Shown here: positions 9,056-19,115 of the stretch, in pieces | Position numbering within the stretch: the stretch's first letter is position 1 | How the letters are laid out: each line of letters begins with the position of its first letter | Source: Candidatus Saccharimonadales bacterium | GTDB lineage: Bacteria > Patescibacteriota > Saccharimonadia > Saccharimonadales > UBA4665 | Reading direction: 5' to 3' | Length of the DNA: 64,000 nt | Assembly: GCA_036263915.1 (NCBI GenBank) | Contig: DATASD010000005.1 | Location: forward strand, 75,059-139,058 | The notes under the pieces: generated by a model | What the model was told of the DNA's origin: nothing | Databases searched by the model: none | What the model saw: only the letters and a program-made list of their open reading frames with translations | Position numbers and translations under genes: made by a program

Positions 9056-10240
9056 ATGGCAGACACATTTGACCGAAGCAAGCCGCACGTGAACGTTGGT
9101 ACTATGGGCCACGTTGACCACGGTAAAACGACTTTGACGGCCGCTATTACGGCTGTTCTCGCTAAGCGCCTTCCGAGCGCTGTTAACAAACCAATCGCGT
9201 ACGACCAGATCGACAACGCACCTGAAGAGCGCGCTCGTGGTATTACCATCGCTACCTCGCACCAAGAGTACGAGAGCGAAAAACGTCACTACGCACACGT
9301 TGACATGCCTGGTCACGCCGACTACGTCAAAAACATGATCACCGGTGCCGCCCAGGTTGACGGTGCTATCCTCGTGGTGTCTGCCGCTGATGGTCCTATG
9401 CCTCAGACTCGTGAGCACGTATTGCTTGCTCACCAGGTTGGTGTGCCAAAGATCCTCGTGTTCCTCAACAAGATGGACCTCGCCGACCCAGAACTCGTTG
9501 ACCTCGTCGAAGAAGAGGTTCGCGAACTCCTCGAAAAGAACGGTTTCGACAAGGACTGCCCAATTATCCGCGGTTCTGCAACCAAGGCTCTCGAAGGCGA
9601 CGCTGCCAACGAAGACGCTATCATGGAACTTGTGAAGGCTATGGATGACTACATTCCACAGCCAAAGCGCGAACTCGACAAAGCATTTTTGATGCCTATC
9701 GAAGACGTATTCTCGATCAAGGGTCGTGGTACGGTTGCAACCGGTCGTATCGAGCAGGGTGTTGTGAAGATCAACGACGAAGTTGAAATCGTTGGTGTTC
9801 GCCCAACTCAGAAATCTGTCGTAACTGGTATTGAAGCCTTCAAGAAGCAACTTGACCAAGGTCAAGCAGGTGACAACGCCGGTGTATTGCTTCGCGGTAT
9901 TGAGCGCGACGACATCGAGCGCGGTCAGGTGATTTGTAAGCCAGGCTCGATCACTCCTCACACCGAGTTTGAATCAGAAGTTTACATTCTGAACAAAGAC
10001 GAAGGTGGCCGTCACACGCCATTCTTCAAGGGCTACAAGCCTCAGTTCTACTTCCGCACGACTGACGTCACCGGTGAAGTTGAACTCCCAGCCGACAAAG
10101 AAATGGTAATGCCAGGCGACACCATAACCTTCAAGGTTAAGTTGCTCGCTCCAATTGCCATGGACCAGGGTCTTCGCTTCGCTATCCGCGAAGGTGGCCG
10201 TACGGTCGGCGCCGGTGTTGTAACCAAGATCATCAAATAA
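9056..10240 (+). CDS. tuf: translation elongation factor Tu
   Basis: [25 protein letters not shown] and the rest of a canonical 394-aa EF-Tu. Confidence 0.98.
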   Translation: MADTFDRSKPHVNVGTMGHVDHGKTTLTAAITAVLAKRLPSAVNKPIAYDQIDNAPEERARGITIATSHQEYESEKRHYAHVDMPGHADYVKNMITGAAQVDGAILVVSAADGPMPQTREHVLLAHQVGVPKILVFLNKMDLADPELVDLVEEEVRELLEKNGFDKDCPIIRGSATKALEGDAANEDAIMELVKAMDDYIPQPKRELDKAFLMPIEDVFSIKGRGTVATGRIEQGVVKINDEVEIVGVRPTQKSVVTGIEAFKKQLDQGQAGDNAGVLLRGIERDDIERGQVICKPGSITPHTEFESEVYILNKDEGGRHTPFFKGYKPQFYFRTTDVTGEVELPADKEMVMPGDTITFKVKLLAPIAMDQGLRFAIREGGRTVGAGVVTKIIK

Positions 10241-10284
10241 CAAGCTAGGGAAAATAGCTCGCACATTTCAAAGGAAGAACAGCA

Positions 10285-10614
10285 ATGGTAGCAGAACCAA
10301 AGAAAGAACAGAAACAACGGATCCGTATTCGCCTCAAGGCATACGACCACAAAGTCATCGACCAAGCTGCAAAGCAGATCGTTGACACTGCGCTTCGCAC
10401 GGGCGCTACCATCGCTGGTCCAATCCCACTGCCAACTGACCGCAGCACATTTACGGTTGTAAAAAGCCCACACGTGTACAAAAAGGGTCGTGAGCAGTTT
10501 GAAATGCGCGTTCACAAACGCCTTATCGACGTTACTGATCCAACACCAAAGACAATCGACTCATTGATGAATCTCTCACTGCCAGCCGGCTGTGATGTAG
10601 CCATCAAAATGTAA
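10285..10614 (+). CDS. rpsJ: 30S ribosomal protein S10
   Basis: [24 protein letters not shown]...GPIPLPT...[28 protein letters not shown]. Confidence 0.97.
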   Translation: MVAEPKKEQKQRIRIRLKAYDHKVIDQAAKQIVDTALRTGATIAGPIPLPTDRSTFTVVKSPHVYKKGREQFEMRVHKRLIDVTDPTPKTIDSLMNLSLPAGCDVAIKM

Positions 10615-10636
10615 CAATACTTGTTACGAAAAAAAC

Positions 10637-10667
10637 AAAAACCGCTCCCAAAAAAGAGCGGTTTTTA
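10637..10667 (+). terminator. Rho-independent terminator directly after rpsJ
   Basis: AAAACCGCTC / loop CCAAAAAA / GAGCGGTTTT followed by T. Confidence 0.75.
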
Positions 10668-10685
10668 CATGGTAAGGACATACAC

Positions 10686-11033
10686 ATGGAATACTCAGCT
10701 AAAGACTACATACCCATAACGGACCCCCAACTAGTACATGTACTGGAAGATGCAGGATGCATAGGCGATCCCGTTCAAATGAACGATTCTGTTGATCCAC
10801 GCTACGGCGAAATTACTGAAGGTACTGTTATGGTACCTGCACGTGCTATACATGAGGCCTTTGGCTTATACGATAGTTTGCGAGATGATTACATCAGGGA
10901 AGGTGTGCCATACGACGATACGCCTTCCGATCGCCTATTTAACGCAATGAGCCAACGACAACATGCACTACTCCAGGGCTATGATTTCTTACATGGTTCT
11001 CCATCTACCGAGATACGAGAGCCCGACGCGTAA
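10686..11033 (+). CDS. hypothetical acidic 115-aa protein
   Basis: ORF with an AAGGA RBS about 8 nt upstream. Asp/Glu-rich with no TM segment. First gene of the block inserted between rpsJ and rplC. Confidence 0.5.
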   Translation: MEYSAKDYIPITDPQLVHVLEDAGCIGDPVQMNDSVDPRYGEITEGTVMVPARAIHEAFGLYDSLRDDYIREGVPYDDTPSDRLFNAMSQRQHALLQGYDFLHGSPSTEIREPDA

Positions 11034-11045
11034 ATACATTCGCGC

Positions 11046-11372
11046 ATGCTCGCCGTGTATGCTTTAATAGTGCTCATGGCTTCATCTAAAACAAAAAGCA
11101 AATCCCGTGCTCGAAGCATGAACGCGCAGCAATCATTTGATGGCGTGTATCTCTTAAAGCTCGTCTTGTATTTGCTTGTTGGTTCACTCTGGTTGAAGGT
11201 CACAACCGCAGCTGGCACGCATATTCCATTGCCGATCGGTTTTATTATCGGACTGCTCTTTACGACTCATGAGCATTTTCAGATTGATCGCAAGATAGAG
11301 TATGCGGTATTATTGGTAGCTATGCTTGTAGGTTACTTCGTGCCTACCTACGGCTTGTATATCACCCTGTAA
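11046..11372 (+). CDS. hypothetical small membrane protein (~3 hydrophobic segments)
   Basis: A basic N-terminal stretch (KTKSKSRARS) is followed by the hydrophobic runs VYLLKLVLYLLVGSLWL, IPLPIGFIIGLLF and AVLLVAMLVGYFV. Confidence 0.5.
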   Translation: MLAVYALIVLMASSKTKSKSRARSMNAQQSFDGVYLLKLVLYLLVGSLWLKVTTAAGTHIPLPIGFIIGLLFTTHEHFQIDRKIEYAVLLVAMLVGYFVPTYGLYITL

Positions 11373-11397
11373 CGATTCCGATCAGTGAGGTTTCTGT

Positions 11398-13938
11398 ATG
11401 TCTTTCGAAGTGCCACCTAACCATGAAATGCCCGACCCACCACACCTAATAGAGCAAACGGCATCGCATGGCTCTGACCCAGTCTACGAAATCCATGAGC
11501 CGCCTACCACTGATGCCCCAGATGTGCCTATCGTACTGAGCGAGATGCGTGGTGCTTATCAAGAAGGTGGTAAGCCTGGCGAAATAACTAGTGCAATGAA
11601 AACACCAGAGGAATATCAGCGCGCCATCACTGAGCTTACGACCACATCACCGGAGGTTGCAGAAGCGCAGAGTGCGCGACTCGACGAAGTGGTCGACGAG
11701 GCACTTCGTCACACGGTCGGCGAGCATGAGCGGCAGGTGCTGGAGTATGCACGTGGCATATTCAAGTGGACACTTTTCGGTAAGTCCGAAGAGCAGTTGC
11801 CCGACGGCCTGGTGATTGGATCGCACCGAGGGAGGCCTGCGGTTCGCCTCGATGCGCGAAAGCTTATTACGCTCGACTGTATTATTGATGCAGGGAGCCG
11901 GCTCGAGCAATTTGGATTCGAAGAGGTTGTCGAGGCGGTCGATGCCGACATAGAATCTCGTTCGGACGCTGTTCGCGAAGAGATGCAGGGCGAAAGCAGA
12001 CAAAACCCTGCATATCTTTTCATGCAATCGTTTGATGTTCATGCGCAACCCGAAATAGTCGACGTACCACTCGACGAACGCGAAAAAGCTATTCGCGCTG
12101 GCCAGGTTCGCCAAGAGGTCATTGAGCGACACAATCTTCTCGAGCCGGGTGGGGTCTTTGAGCGGGCCTCAAGCGCAGACACTGAGCTGCGCCGCGGTTT
12201 GTGGCACATCGATGACGAAACAAAGCCGCAAGTAGAATCACGCAGCGACCAAAATCCTACCGAGCGTGCGCGTGCCTATCTCGCTGAACGTGCCATCGAC
12301 TATCATATTGCACGTCGCGACAATATTGAAGATACACCGGAAGTCCGTGAGCGGCTTAAGCAGCTAATGCTCTCCACCGATGCTCCAGCTGACAATGCTG
12401 AAGGCTACGACCGCTTTATTCTCTTTGATGACGCAACCTCATCTACCTATGTACTTTCCGAAGAACTTACAGAGGGGAGCCCTCTCATGGAAGAGGTGTT
12501 GGCGGGTAGTATTTTGAGAAACTATGTCAATACGCTCCTCAGAGATTATGATCCGTCACTGCCTTATGATCAGGCTGTGGAAAAGACTGTCAATCAGGCC
12601 GTTCAAGAAGTATGGGAATTTATGTTTGACGACATCGGTAAGGCAGGCGCCCTCGATAACATAGGCGAGTACGACCCAGCCATTCGCAACTCGCTTATGA
12701 CGCCTCGAGGCGAGCAAGTGCCACAAGGTACTTTGACGGAACACGCGCATCTGCACCACCACGGTACCGGTGATACGGAGTTTATGACCCGTGAGGCGGC
12801 TGAGTCGCTACAGGAGCAATACGTTGGCCACATAGAATCAGGTACTATTCCGGGCATGCGCGTCTTGCAGATTCGCAGCCGCGACGAAACCTTGCCGCAC
12901 ACAAGCGACCGGAGCGATGCAGTGCTGCGACTCCATGGCAGAGAATTTAATGATCACGACCCGTCGATTCCTGGCTTTACACTCGTGGCGCGCAACGATC
13001 TCGAAGGTCGGTATGAATTTACGCGCAATGACACCGACCCATATGCTTCACCGGAAGTGCCTATTTCAACGCAGCAGGCGCAGGAACTTGCGGATACATA
13101 CCGTGCAATTGGTCTCAATCAGCTCGCTTTTCGCATGTCGCAAAATACTGAACTTACCGTTGCCGATTTGGCGGAATATATAACAATATATAGTACTTAT
13201 CCACTGCCACAAGAGACCAGGTACAGCGAACAGTATCCACGAAGCCACAGCACACCAGACCTCGAAAGCTTTCGAGATTTCGTGGATGATGGCCGCCTTG
13301 CTGTACAATGTACTGGCGCAAAAAATTTCATGAAGCTATCGCTACAGCAGCTCTTTGGTGTTGAAAGTGCGAGCAGCATTGCCGGCCGAGCCATTGGTAC
13401 TGGCGACATTACTGAGCTTCAACACGGTCAGACGACCTTTACCCACAATGGTGAGTCATATATTATAGACACCACGCCACCTTCGCGTGCCGGCATGGGA
13501 ACATTACCCAATCCACCGTCGGACGCACCGCTACGACCACCAAGGCCAACCGCTCACGAGCAACTGCAGCGTACGCCACGTCAACAAGAAATCTCTGCGG
13601 AAATACCTCGCGATCCTAGCGCGCAGCTGCATGCCGCTCGGGCCTCGCTCGAAACACAGCTCGGTGCTGCTATGGGAATCCGGGGTCAGCAAGCGCTTTA
13701 CGAGGCGGTGGCAAAGTTACAGCCAAACGTCGATCCCGTCCGACGCACAACAGAGATGGCGATACAGGCGGCAGAAGGTGCCGCAACCCGTGAAGCGGCT
13801 GAATCGCTCGTAACGTATCTACAAAATTATCGCCAACAACCACGAGAGACCCTGAGGGCACAGGGCTATCCGGTGTATGAACCTCGGCTGCTCGACCTAT
13901 TGCACATGACGGCACAACGCATCTACAGGAATGCATAG
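11398..13938 (+). CDS. paralog 1 (most divergent) of the ~850-aa family with a transglutaminase-like C/H/D signature
   Basis: Shares family blocks with the other four copies: FKWTLFGK..QLPDGLVI, VPLDEREKAI, IPGFTLV, DPYASPEVPI, VQCTGAKNFMKLSL...HGQTTFTHNGESYIIDTTP, DPVRRT. GTGAGG RBS before the ATG. Confidence 0.8.
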   Translation: MSFEVPPNHEMPDPPHLIEQTASHGSDPVYEIHEPPTTDAPDVPIVLSEMRGAYQEGGKPGEITSAMKTPEEYQRAITELTTTSPEVAEAQSARLDEVVDEALRHTVGEHERQVLEYARGIFKWTLFGKSEEQLPDGLVIGSHRGRPAVRLDARKLITLDCIIDAGSRLEQFGFEEVVEAVDADIESRSDAVREEMQGESRQNPAYLFMQSFDVHAQPEIVDVPLDEREKAIRAGQVRQEVIERHNLLEPGGVFERASSADTELRRGLWHIDDETKPQVESRSDQNPTERARAYLAERAIDYHIARRDNIEDTPEVRERLKQLMLSTDAPADNAEGYDRFILFDDATSSTYVLSEELTEGSPLMEEVLAGSILRNYVNTLLRDYDPSLPYDQAVEKTVNQAVQEVWEFMFDDIGKAGALDNIGEYDPAIRNSLMTPRGEQVPQGTLTEHAHLHHHGTGDTEFMTREAAESLQEQYVGHIESGTIPGMRVLQIRSRDETLPHTSDRSDAVLRLHGREFNDHDPSIPGFTLVARNDLEGRYEFTRNDTDPYASPEVPISTQQAQELADTYRAIGLNQLAFRMSQNTELTVADLAEYITIYSTYPLPQETRYSEQYPRSHSTPDLESFRDFVDDGRLAVQCTGAKNFMKLSLQQLFGVESASSIAGRAIGTGDITELQHGQTTFTHNGESYIIDTTPPSRAGMGTLPNPPSDAPLRPPRPTAHEQLQRTPRQQEISAEIPRDPSAQLHAARASLETQLGAAMGIRGQQALYEAVAKLQPNVDPVRRTTEMAIQAAEGAATREAAESLVTYLQNYRQQPRETLRAQGYPVYEPRLLDLLHMTAQRIYRNA

Positions 13939-13967
13939 TTGACTTACCTATACTTTAATGATATAGT
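13939..13967 (+). promoter_or_regulatory. strong internal promoter candidate between paralogs 1 and 2 (TTGACT-N17-TATAGT)
   Basis: TTGACT at 13939-13944, a 17-nt spacer, TATAGT at 13962-13967, in the only sizeable (AT-rich) gap inside the array. Confidence 0.5.
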
Positions 13968-13994
13968 AAACATTTGTCTATAGGTGCTCCTGTC

Positions 13995-16538
13995 ATGCCT
14001 CACGCAGAATACTCACGCTCAAACGAAACGAACAATCCATTGCTTTTTCAGTCTGCGCTCGAATTGTATACTACTGCCTCTGATTTTGTAGGAACTCTTC
14101 AGGATTCGTATACAGGGATCATTGAGCCACCATCAACCAACTCCGAACTTATTAAGAGTGCTGACCGAGTAGTTGACGAAGCATTGGCCGAAAACCCCAT
14201 TCAGACCCAAACGCCAGAAATACCAATAGATCCAGAGGCACGTCGTCGCCGAGTCGCCGAACTTACGGCATGTACGCCCGAATTCGAGGCCGAGAAACAA
14301 CTTGAGCTAGACGCAATCATCGACGAGACACGTCTGCATGCGCCAAGCGCGCACGATAGGCGATCGATCGAGTTGGCCGGCAATCTATACCGATGGCAAC
14401 TATTTGGTAAACATAGCGATCCATTGCCCGATGGCTTTGTAATAACCAAACATCCTCACACTGGCGACACCTACATTAGTTGCGACAAGCGACGATCTTT
14501 CACGGCCAGTTGCATAGACACTGCAGATGCTCAGTTCGAGATACGTGGCCTGAATAAACTTATGGGTGCGACACGAGAGCACCTGCGAGAGGTGCATGAC
14601 ACTTCAGACGAACTACATGCAATAATAAACGATAACCCCGCTAATGCATTTCTCCGTAGTTTTGACGTGCCTTCCCAGCCAAAGACTACAGAAGTCCCCC
14701 TCGATCAACGACAGCGGGCAATCGAAGAAGAGAAGCTTCGCCAGGCCGTACTCCAACGACATGGACTTGATGCAACGCAAGCCGCAAACATCCAGCGCGG
14801 CGACCCTGTCGATATGGAGCTTCGGCGGGCATTTTGGCGCCTAGACGACCAAACCCAGCAACAGCGGGAGCCACAAAAGCAAGACGGCCTTATGCGGTTG
14901 CGTGATTATTTCGTCGACTGCATAGCTGATGAGTATATCCGAGTTAGAAGCAACAATATGCCAGAATACGACAAGGGGACGATAAAGGCGGTTTTCGACG
15001 ATAGCCTAGCTAGAAGAGATGAATACAGAGAAATTGCATCGTGGACTCACGGTTCCGACAGGAAAATCATCAAAGAGCTCGGTGGCGACAAAGCCCGCGA
15101 CCAATTACAATACGAGCTCATTCAAAAAACAATAGGTATAGCCATAACTTCGCTTATCCACTCCGAGACACCTCCAGAAAACTTTGCTGACTTTATAGAA
15201 AGTGTGGAGCGAGAGACAACGGCTGTGATATCTAACACTCTACGTTACAATATTGGCGCCATAAAATACGATGTAACAACAGGCCACAGCCCGAACCTAC
15301 GCGATGCCATCGTTGCGCCAAGTGGGGAATTTGTGCCATATGAGGAACTTCAGGAGTATCATCACGCGCATCCAATAGGTGAAACGGCATACGTAAACGA
15401 GAGCATGATAGATCGCCAGGAGGCGCGAACGCTTGGCGAAGTGCAATGGGGACAAGTGCCTAATCAGCGTGTTATTCAGATTCAAGAACGCGACACTTCA
15501 TTACCAAAGATAAGCCTCGAAACCGAGCTTGAACTGAAGTTGTATGATCGCGAGTTTGATACCGCTGATCCTGTAATACCAGGCTATACGCTCGTAAGTC
15601 ACGATGATCTATATTTTGGGTTCAAACGTGATGCTACCGATCCGTATGCGCCGGTTAATGTGCCTCTTCCTGAGGATAAACGGTTATCTTTGGCTAAAGA
15701 ATTCCGCGATATTGGTCTCGAGACCCTTGCTACTCGCGTAGAAAGTCAGCCGCTCACCGTTGAAGAGCTACGTGCGAATATTCAGCAAAGTAGTTATTAC
15801 CCGAAGCCAGAGTGGGACGATGTCGGCGCGACAAAAAAATATCCGCATAGTATAGCGAACGACAAGTTGGAACGGTTTGAGCGAGTTGTTATTAACAACG
15901 AACTCCATGTGCAATGTACGGGAGCGGCTAATTTCCTGAGGCTATCGCTTGATCATATATTTGGCCCTGGCAGCGCCAATATTACCAGCGGCGTAGCTAT
16001 AGATAGCAAGACCTATATCACCGCTGCTCGACACCGACAGACAACATTTGTGCACAACGGGCTATCGTACATCTTGGACGCGACGTCTGGCGCGGCATCG
16101 CTGCCATCAAACACACGCGAGGCGCCCGAAGCTCGCACCACTCAGGATGCACCGCCTGCCGCACCGAAAGGGCCTATCGTCTCTTATCAAGACGTCGCAC
16201 ATTCACAGCAGGAAAACCTACAGATGGCTCGACGCTCTCTTGAATCTCAGCTGAGTAACGCCTTGCAAACGCCTGATGCGCAAGCTCTTTATAGCCACGT
16301 TGCTGCACTGCCGGAGGCAACCGACCCAGTGCGCCGCACGCTTGGTCTCGCCATGCGTGCTACTAACGGAGGCACAATATCAAAAGCCGAAGCAATCGCT
16401 CTGGTAGAATTTTTAGATGTCTACAAGAAGCGCGCACCTGAAGAATTGCGCAGTTTCGGCTTACCGGAATACAGCCCACAGATGCTTGACATGCTTGTCA
16501 CAAGCGCGCGAACCATCGCCTGTAACATTGCCGCATAA
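13995..16538 (+). CDS. paralog 2 of the ~850-aa transglutaminase-like family
   Basis: The ATG at 13995 (MPHAEY...) aligns with the MPSREF/MPSRQF starts of copies 3-5 and has an AGGTG RBS 8 nt upstream. The track start at 13974 is a TTG. Contains VQCTGAANFLRLSL...HRQTTFVHNGLSYILDATSG. Confidence 0.85.
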   Translation: MPHAEYSRSNETNNPLLFQSALELYTTASDFVGTLQDSYTGIIEPPSTNSELIKSADRVVDEALAENPIQTQTPEIPIDPEARRRRVAELTACTPEFEAEKQLELDAIIDETRLHAPSAHDRRSIELAGNLYRWQLFGKHSDPLPDGFVITKHPHTGDTYISCDKRRSFTASCIDTADAQFEIRGLNKLMGATREHLREVHDTSDELHAIINDNPANAFLRSFDVPSQPKTTEVPLDQRQRAIEEEKLRQAVLQRHGLDATQAANIQRGDPVDMELRRAFWRLDDQTQQQREPQKQDGLMRLRDYFVDCIADEYIRVRSNNMPEYDKGTIKAVFDDSLARRDEYREIASWTHGSDRKIIKELGGDKARDQLQYELIQKTIGIAITSLIHSETPPENFADFIESVERETTAVISNTLRYNIGAIKYDVTTGHSPNLRDAIVAPSGEFVPYEELQEYHHAHPIGETAYVNESMIDRQEARTLGEVQWGQVPNQRVIQIQERDTSLPKISLETELELKLYDREFDTADPVIPGYTLVSHDDLYFGFKRDATDPYAPVNVPLPEDKRLSLAKEFRDIGLETLATRVESQPLTVEELRANIQQSSYYPKPEWDDVGATKKYPHSIANDKLERFERVVINNELHVQCTGAANFLRLSLDHIFGPGSANITSGVAIDSKTYITAARHRQTTFVHNGLSYILDATSGAASLPSNTREAPEARTTQDAPPAAPKGPIVSYQDVAHSQQENLQMARRSLESQLSNALQTPDAQALYSHVAALPEATDPVRRTLGLAMRATNGGTISKAEAIALVEFLDVYKKRAPEELRSFGLPEYSPQMLDMLVTSARTIACNIAA

Positions 16539-16549
16539 TGTACAGAACT

Positions 16550-19111
16550 ATGCCAAGTCGTGAATTTCACCAACCACAAGAGCCACGAGGAATACCGCTA
16601 TCATCCTTGGAAGCTTTGGGAGACATTCCCACTTCCGACATCGATTTTAGTACGACAGAGTCGTCATATCTAATAACTCCGCCCACTTCGCTTCCAGATC
16701 ATAAAGAGAGCACCTCGTTGATGGAGATACCAGAAGTACAGTCTGAAGTGCCTACAACGTTAGAGACCCGAACGCGCCGTTTTATGGAGATTGTTAGCTG
16801 CTCATCAGAGGTCGAGGCAGAGCAACGACCCAAATTTGATGCAGCCGTCGAACGTGCGCTGTCCGCCGCTCCTAGTACACACGACAAGCAATCTATCCAG
16901 CGAACGGCCGATATTTTACGCTGGCAAATGTTCGGCAAGCCTGATGATCAGCTGCCAGAAGGACTGGTTATCACCGAAGTAATGGGCAAGACAAAACCGA
17001 GTCTCGATGCTCGAAAGCCATTTACCATTGAATGTGCAGTCGAAAGCTATGTCGCCCTCGCCCAGACCGGAGTCCAGGGCGTCGAAAACGCGGTTATTGC
17101 CGATATTCGCCAACGTCTGCACGGCGCCGAGCCAGAAGTCCGATCACTATGTAACAATAATCCGGCTAATGCTCTGCTGCGCAGCTTTGATGTACAAGGC
17201 CAGCCGCTCACCAAAGAAGTACCGCTTGATCAGCGGCAACGGGCTATCGAAGAGGAAAAGGCGCGACGGACGACCATGCAGCAATTCGGTATGGGTGATG
17301 ACGTTCGTGTCGAAGATATCCCACGCGGCGGCCCCGTTGATAATGCGCTGCGCCGTGCCTATTGGCGCCTAGACGATCAGACTCAACAGAAACGGGAGCC
17401 GCAGTCCGAACAGGGTGCACACGACAGAGCGCGACAGTACTTTGCGGGCCGAATTGCAGATGCTTACATAACCGCCAAAAAACAGATGGGAGGCAAAGAC
17501 ACCCCTGACCGGCAATATATAATCGATTTTCTGAATAATACCAAGGTAGATTACGATATTGACACACGATTGCAACGCCAATATATTCTTGCCTACAAAA
17601 CAGAGGTTGTTGCGGATGAGTTGCAAACGTTATCCGTCGACACAAGTGATCCGCTTGGCTATGATTGTACCCGTTTTACCCTCCAACAGGGGATAGCCGA
17701 ATTGTTCAGCGCAGACTGCCCCGCATCGTATACCGAATTCATGGATGATATAGAGTATGAGTTGTATCAGGCCATTGAGTATTCAGCCACTTCAGTGATC
17801 GGGACATTCGGTGACTATACTCCCCTGAGCACCGGCACAGAACTTCGGGATAGGCTACTCGCTCCCTGCGGTGAATTCGTGGACGCAGAAACGCTCAAGG
17901 AAGCACGGTCGCACCACGGCCATCCGAATGAAGCGTGTGGCTATATGACGCAAGAGGAGATGCAGCAAGCCAGCATGGAGTCAATCGGCTCGGTCCAATC
18001 AGGCAGCGTTCCGAGTCCTCGCATCATTCAAATGCAGGAAAAGAACCCAGCGTTACCGCGACCCAGTGGCCAGAGCGATCTAAAACTATTTTTGTATGAT
18101 GAACGATTCACCTATGCCGATCCTGACATACCTGGCTATACGCTTGTACGTCACAACGGCGATGCGTACGAATTTATGCACGATGCTGCCGATCCATATG
18201 TGGCAGCCAATGTGCCCATCAGCGCCGACGCCCAGCAGATACTCACTCACGAATACGAACAGCTGGGCCTGCAAACGCTTGCCGATCGCATCAAAAGTCA
18301 GTCGACGTTAACTGTTGAGGAACTACGCGGCTTTATTCAAGCAGAAAGTAATTACCCAGTGCCGACCAACGATGAAATTTTAGGCAGGAGCAGCAGGTAC
18401 AGTCGGGCGCCTTACTCAGATCTGCAACACTTCGGAAGAGTTGTTGCTGGTGGTAAACTCCAGATACAATGCACCGGAGCAGCAAGCTTCCTCAAGCTAT
18501 CACTACAAAAAGCGTTTGGCAACCCTAGCGCAAGTACGGTAAACGGACTCACCATAGAACCCTCGAGCACTACCCTAAATAATCTCGGCCACCAGCAGAC
18601 CGCCTTTCAACATGATGGCAAGATGTATATTTTGGATGCAACACCGGGCGGAGCAACCACGCCGCTGGTAGGGCAGGCGCCAGACATAAAGCGTACAGAT
18701 GTGCAGCAAGTGCCAATTCGTCCGGCCGATATGCAGACACTCAATAGCCCTGCAAAAACTGCGGATGAGCAGTTGCAGGCGATTCGTACTAACTTTGAAA
18801 AACAGCTGGGCATTGCACTCAAAGCACCGCACACGGAAGCTCTCTATGAACATATCGCCAAGCTGCCCGAAGCCACCGATCCTGTTCGGCGAACGCTTGG
18901 GCTAGCGATGCGTGCCACTAGCGGAGACACCGTGTCATTTGCCGAAGCAACCTCACATCTGGACTTCTTAGACGCATACAAGGATCGCAGCCCGCAAGAA
19001 CTCCGCCAGCTCGGTTTACCAGTTTACGACAGGAAGATGTTGGATATGCTCAGTAAAAGCACAGAAGCCATCGCCGGTATTTTCAATATATCTATCACTA
19101 TACCTGAGTAG
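16550..19111 (+). CDS. paralog 3 of the ~850-aa transglutaminase-like family
   Basis: The conserved start MPSREF is at 16550. An upstream in-frame ATG at 16538 overlaps the copy-2 stop. Candidate triad: Cys codon 18470-18472, His codon 18590-18592, Asp codon 18635-18637. Confidence 0.85.
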   Translation: MPSREFHQPQEPRGIPLSSLEALGDIPTSDIDFSTTESSYLITPPTSLPDHKESTSLMEIPEVQSEVPTTLETRTRRFMEIVSCSSEVEAEQRPKFDAAVERALSAAPSTHDKQSIQRTADILRWQMFGKPDDQLPEGLVITEVMGKTKPSLDARKPFTIECAVESYVALAQTGVQGVENAVIADIRQRLHGAEPEVRSLCNNNPANALLRSFDVQGQPLTKEVPLDQRQRAIEEEKARRTTMQQFGMGDDVRVEDIPRGGPVDNALRRAYWRLDDQTQQKREPQSEQGAHDRARQYFAGRIADAYITAKKQMGGKDTPDRQYIIDFLNNTKVDYDIDTRLQRQYILAYKTEVVADELQTLSVDTSDPLGYDCTRFTLQQGIAELFSADCPASYTEFMDDIEYELYQAIEYSATSVIGTFGDYTPLSTGTELRDRLLAPCGEFVDAETLKEARSHHGHPNEACGYMTQEEMQQASMESIGSVQSGSVPSPRIIQMQEKNPALPRPSGQSDLKLFLYDERFTYADPDIPGYTLVRHNGDAYEFMHDAADPYVAANVPISADAQQILTHEYEQLGLQTLADRIKSQSTLTVEELRGFIQAESNYPVPTNDEILGRSSRYSRAPYSDLQHFGRVVAGGKLQIQCTGAASFLKLSLQKAFGNPSASTVNGLTIEPSSTTLNNLGHQQTAFQHDGKMYILDATPGGATTPLVGQAPDIKRTDVQQVPIRPADMQTLNSPAKTADEQLQAIRTNFEKQLGIALKAPHTEALYEHIAKLPEATDPVRRTLGLAMRATSGDTVSFAEATSHLDFLDAYKDRSPQELRQLGLPVYDRKMLDMLSKSTEAIAGIFNISITIPE

Positions 19112-19115
19112 TCCT

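Noticed and set aside
9038-9961. 307-aa minus-strand ORF, plus other long antisense ORFs (5605-6474, 33738-34463, 48962-49636, 42292-42975, 20598-21071, 36049-36555, 28256-28831)
   Set aside because: Each lies antisense to a confidently recognised conserved gene (tuf, fusA, secY, GH57, the rluD fusion, a paralog, rpsK, rplP/rpmC). None has an RBS or motif. They have odd composition (His/Val/Cys/Arg-rich). Long antisense frames are expected in GC-balanced, codon-biased genes.
10611-10627. Hairpin GTAACAA-TAC-TTGTTAC overlapping the rpsJ stop codon
   Set aside because: It is short and AT-rich with no following T-run. The real terminator is the stronger GC-containing stem at 10637-10667.
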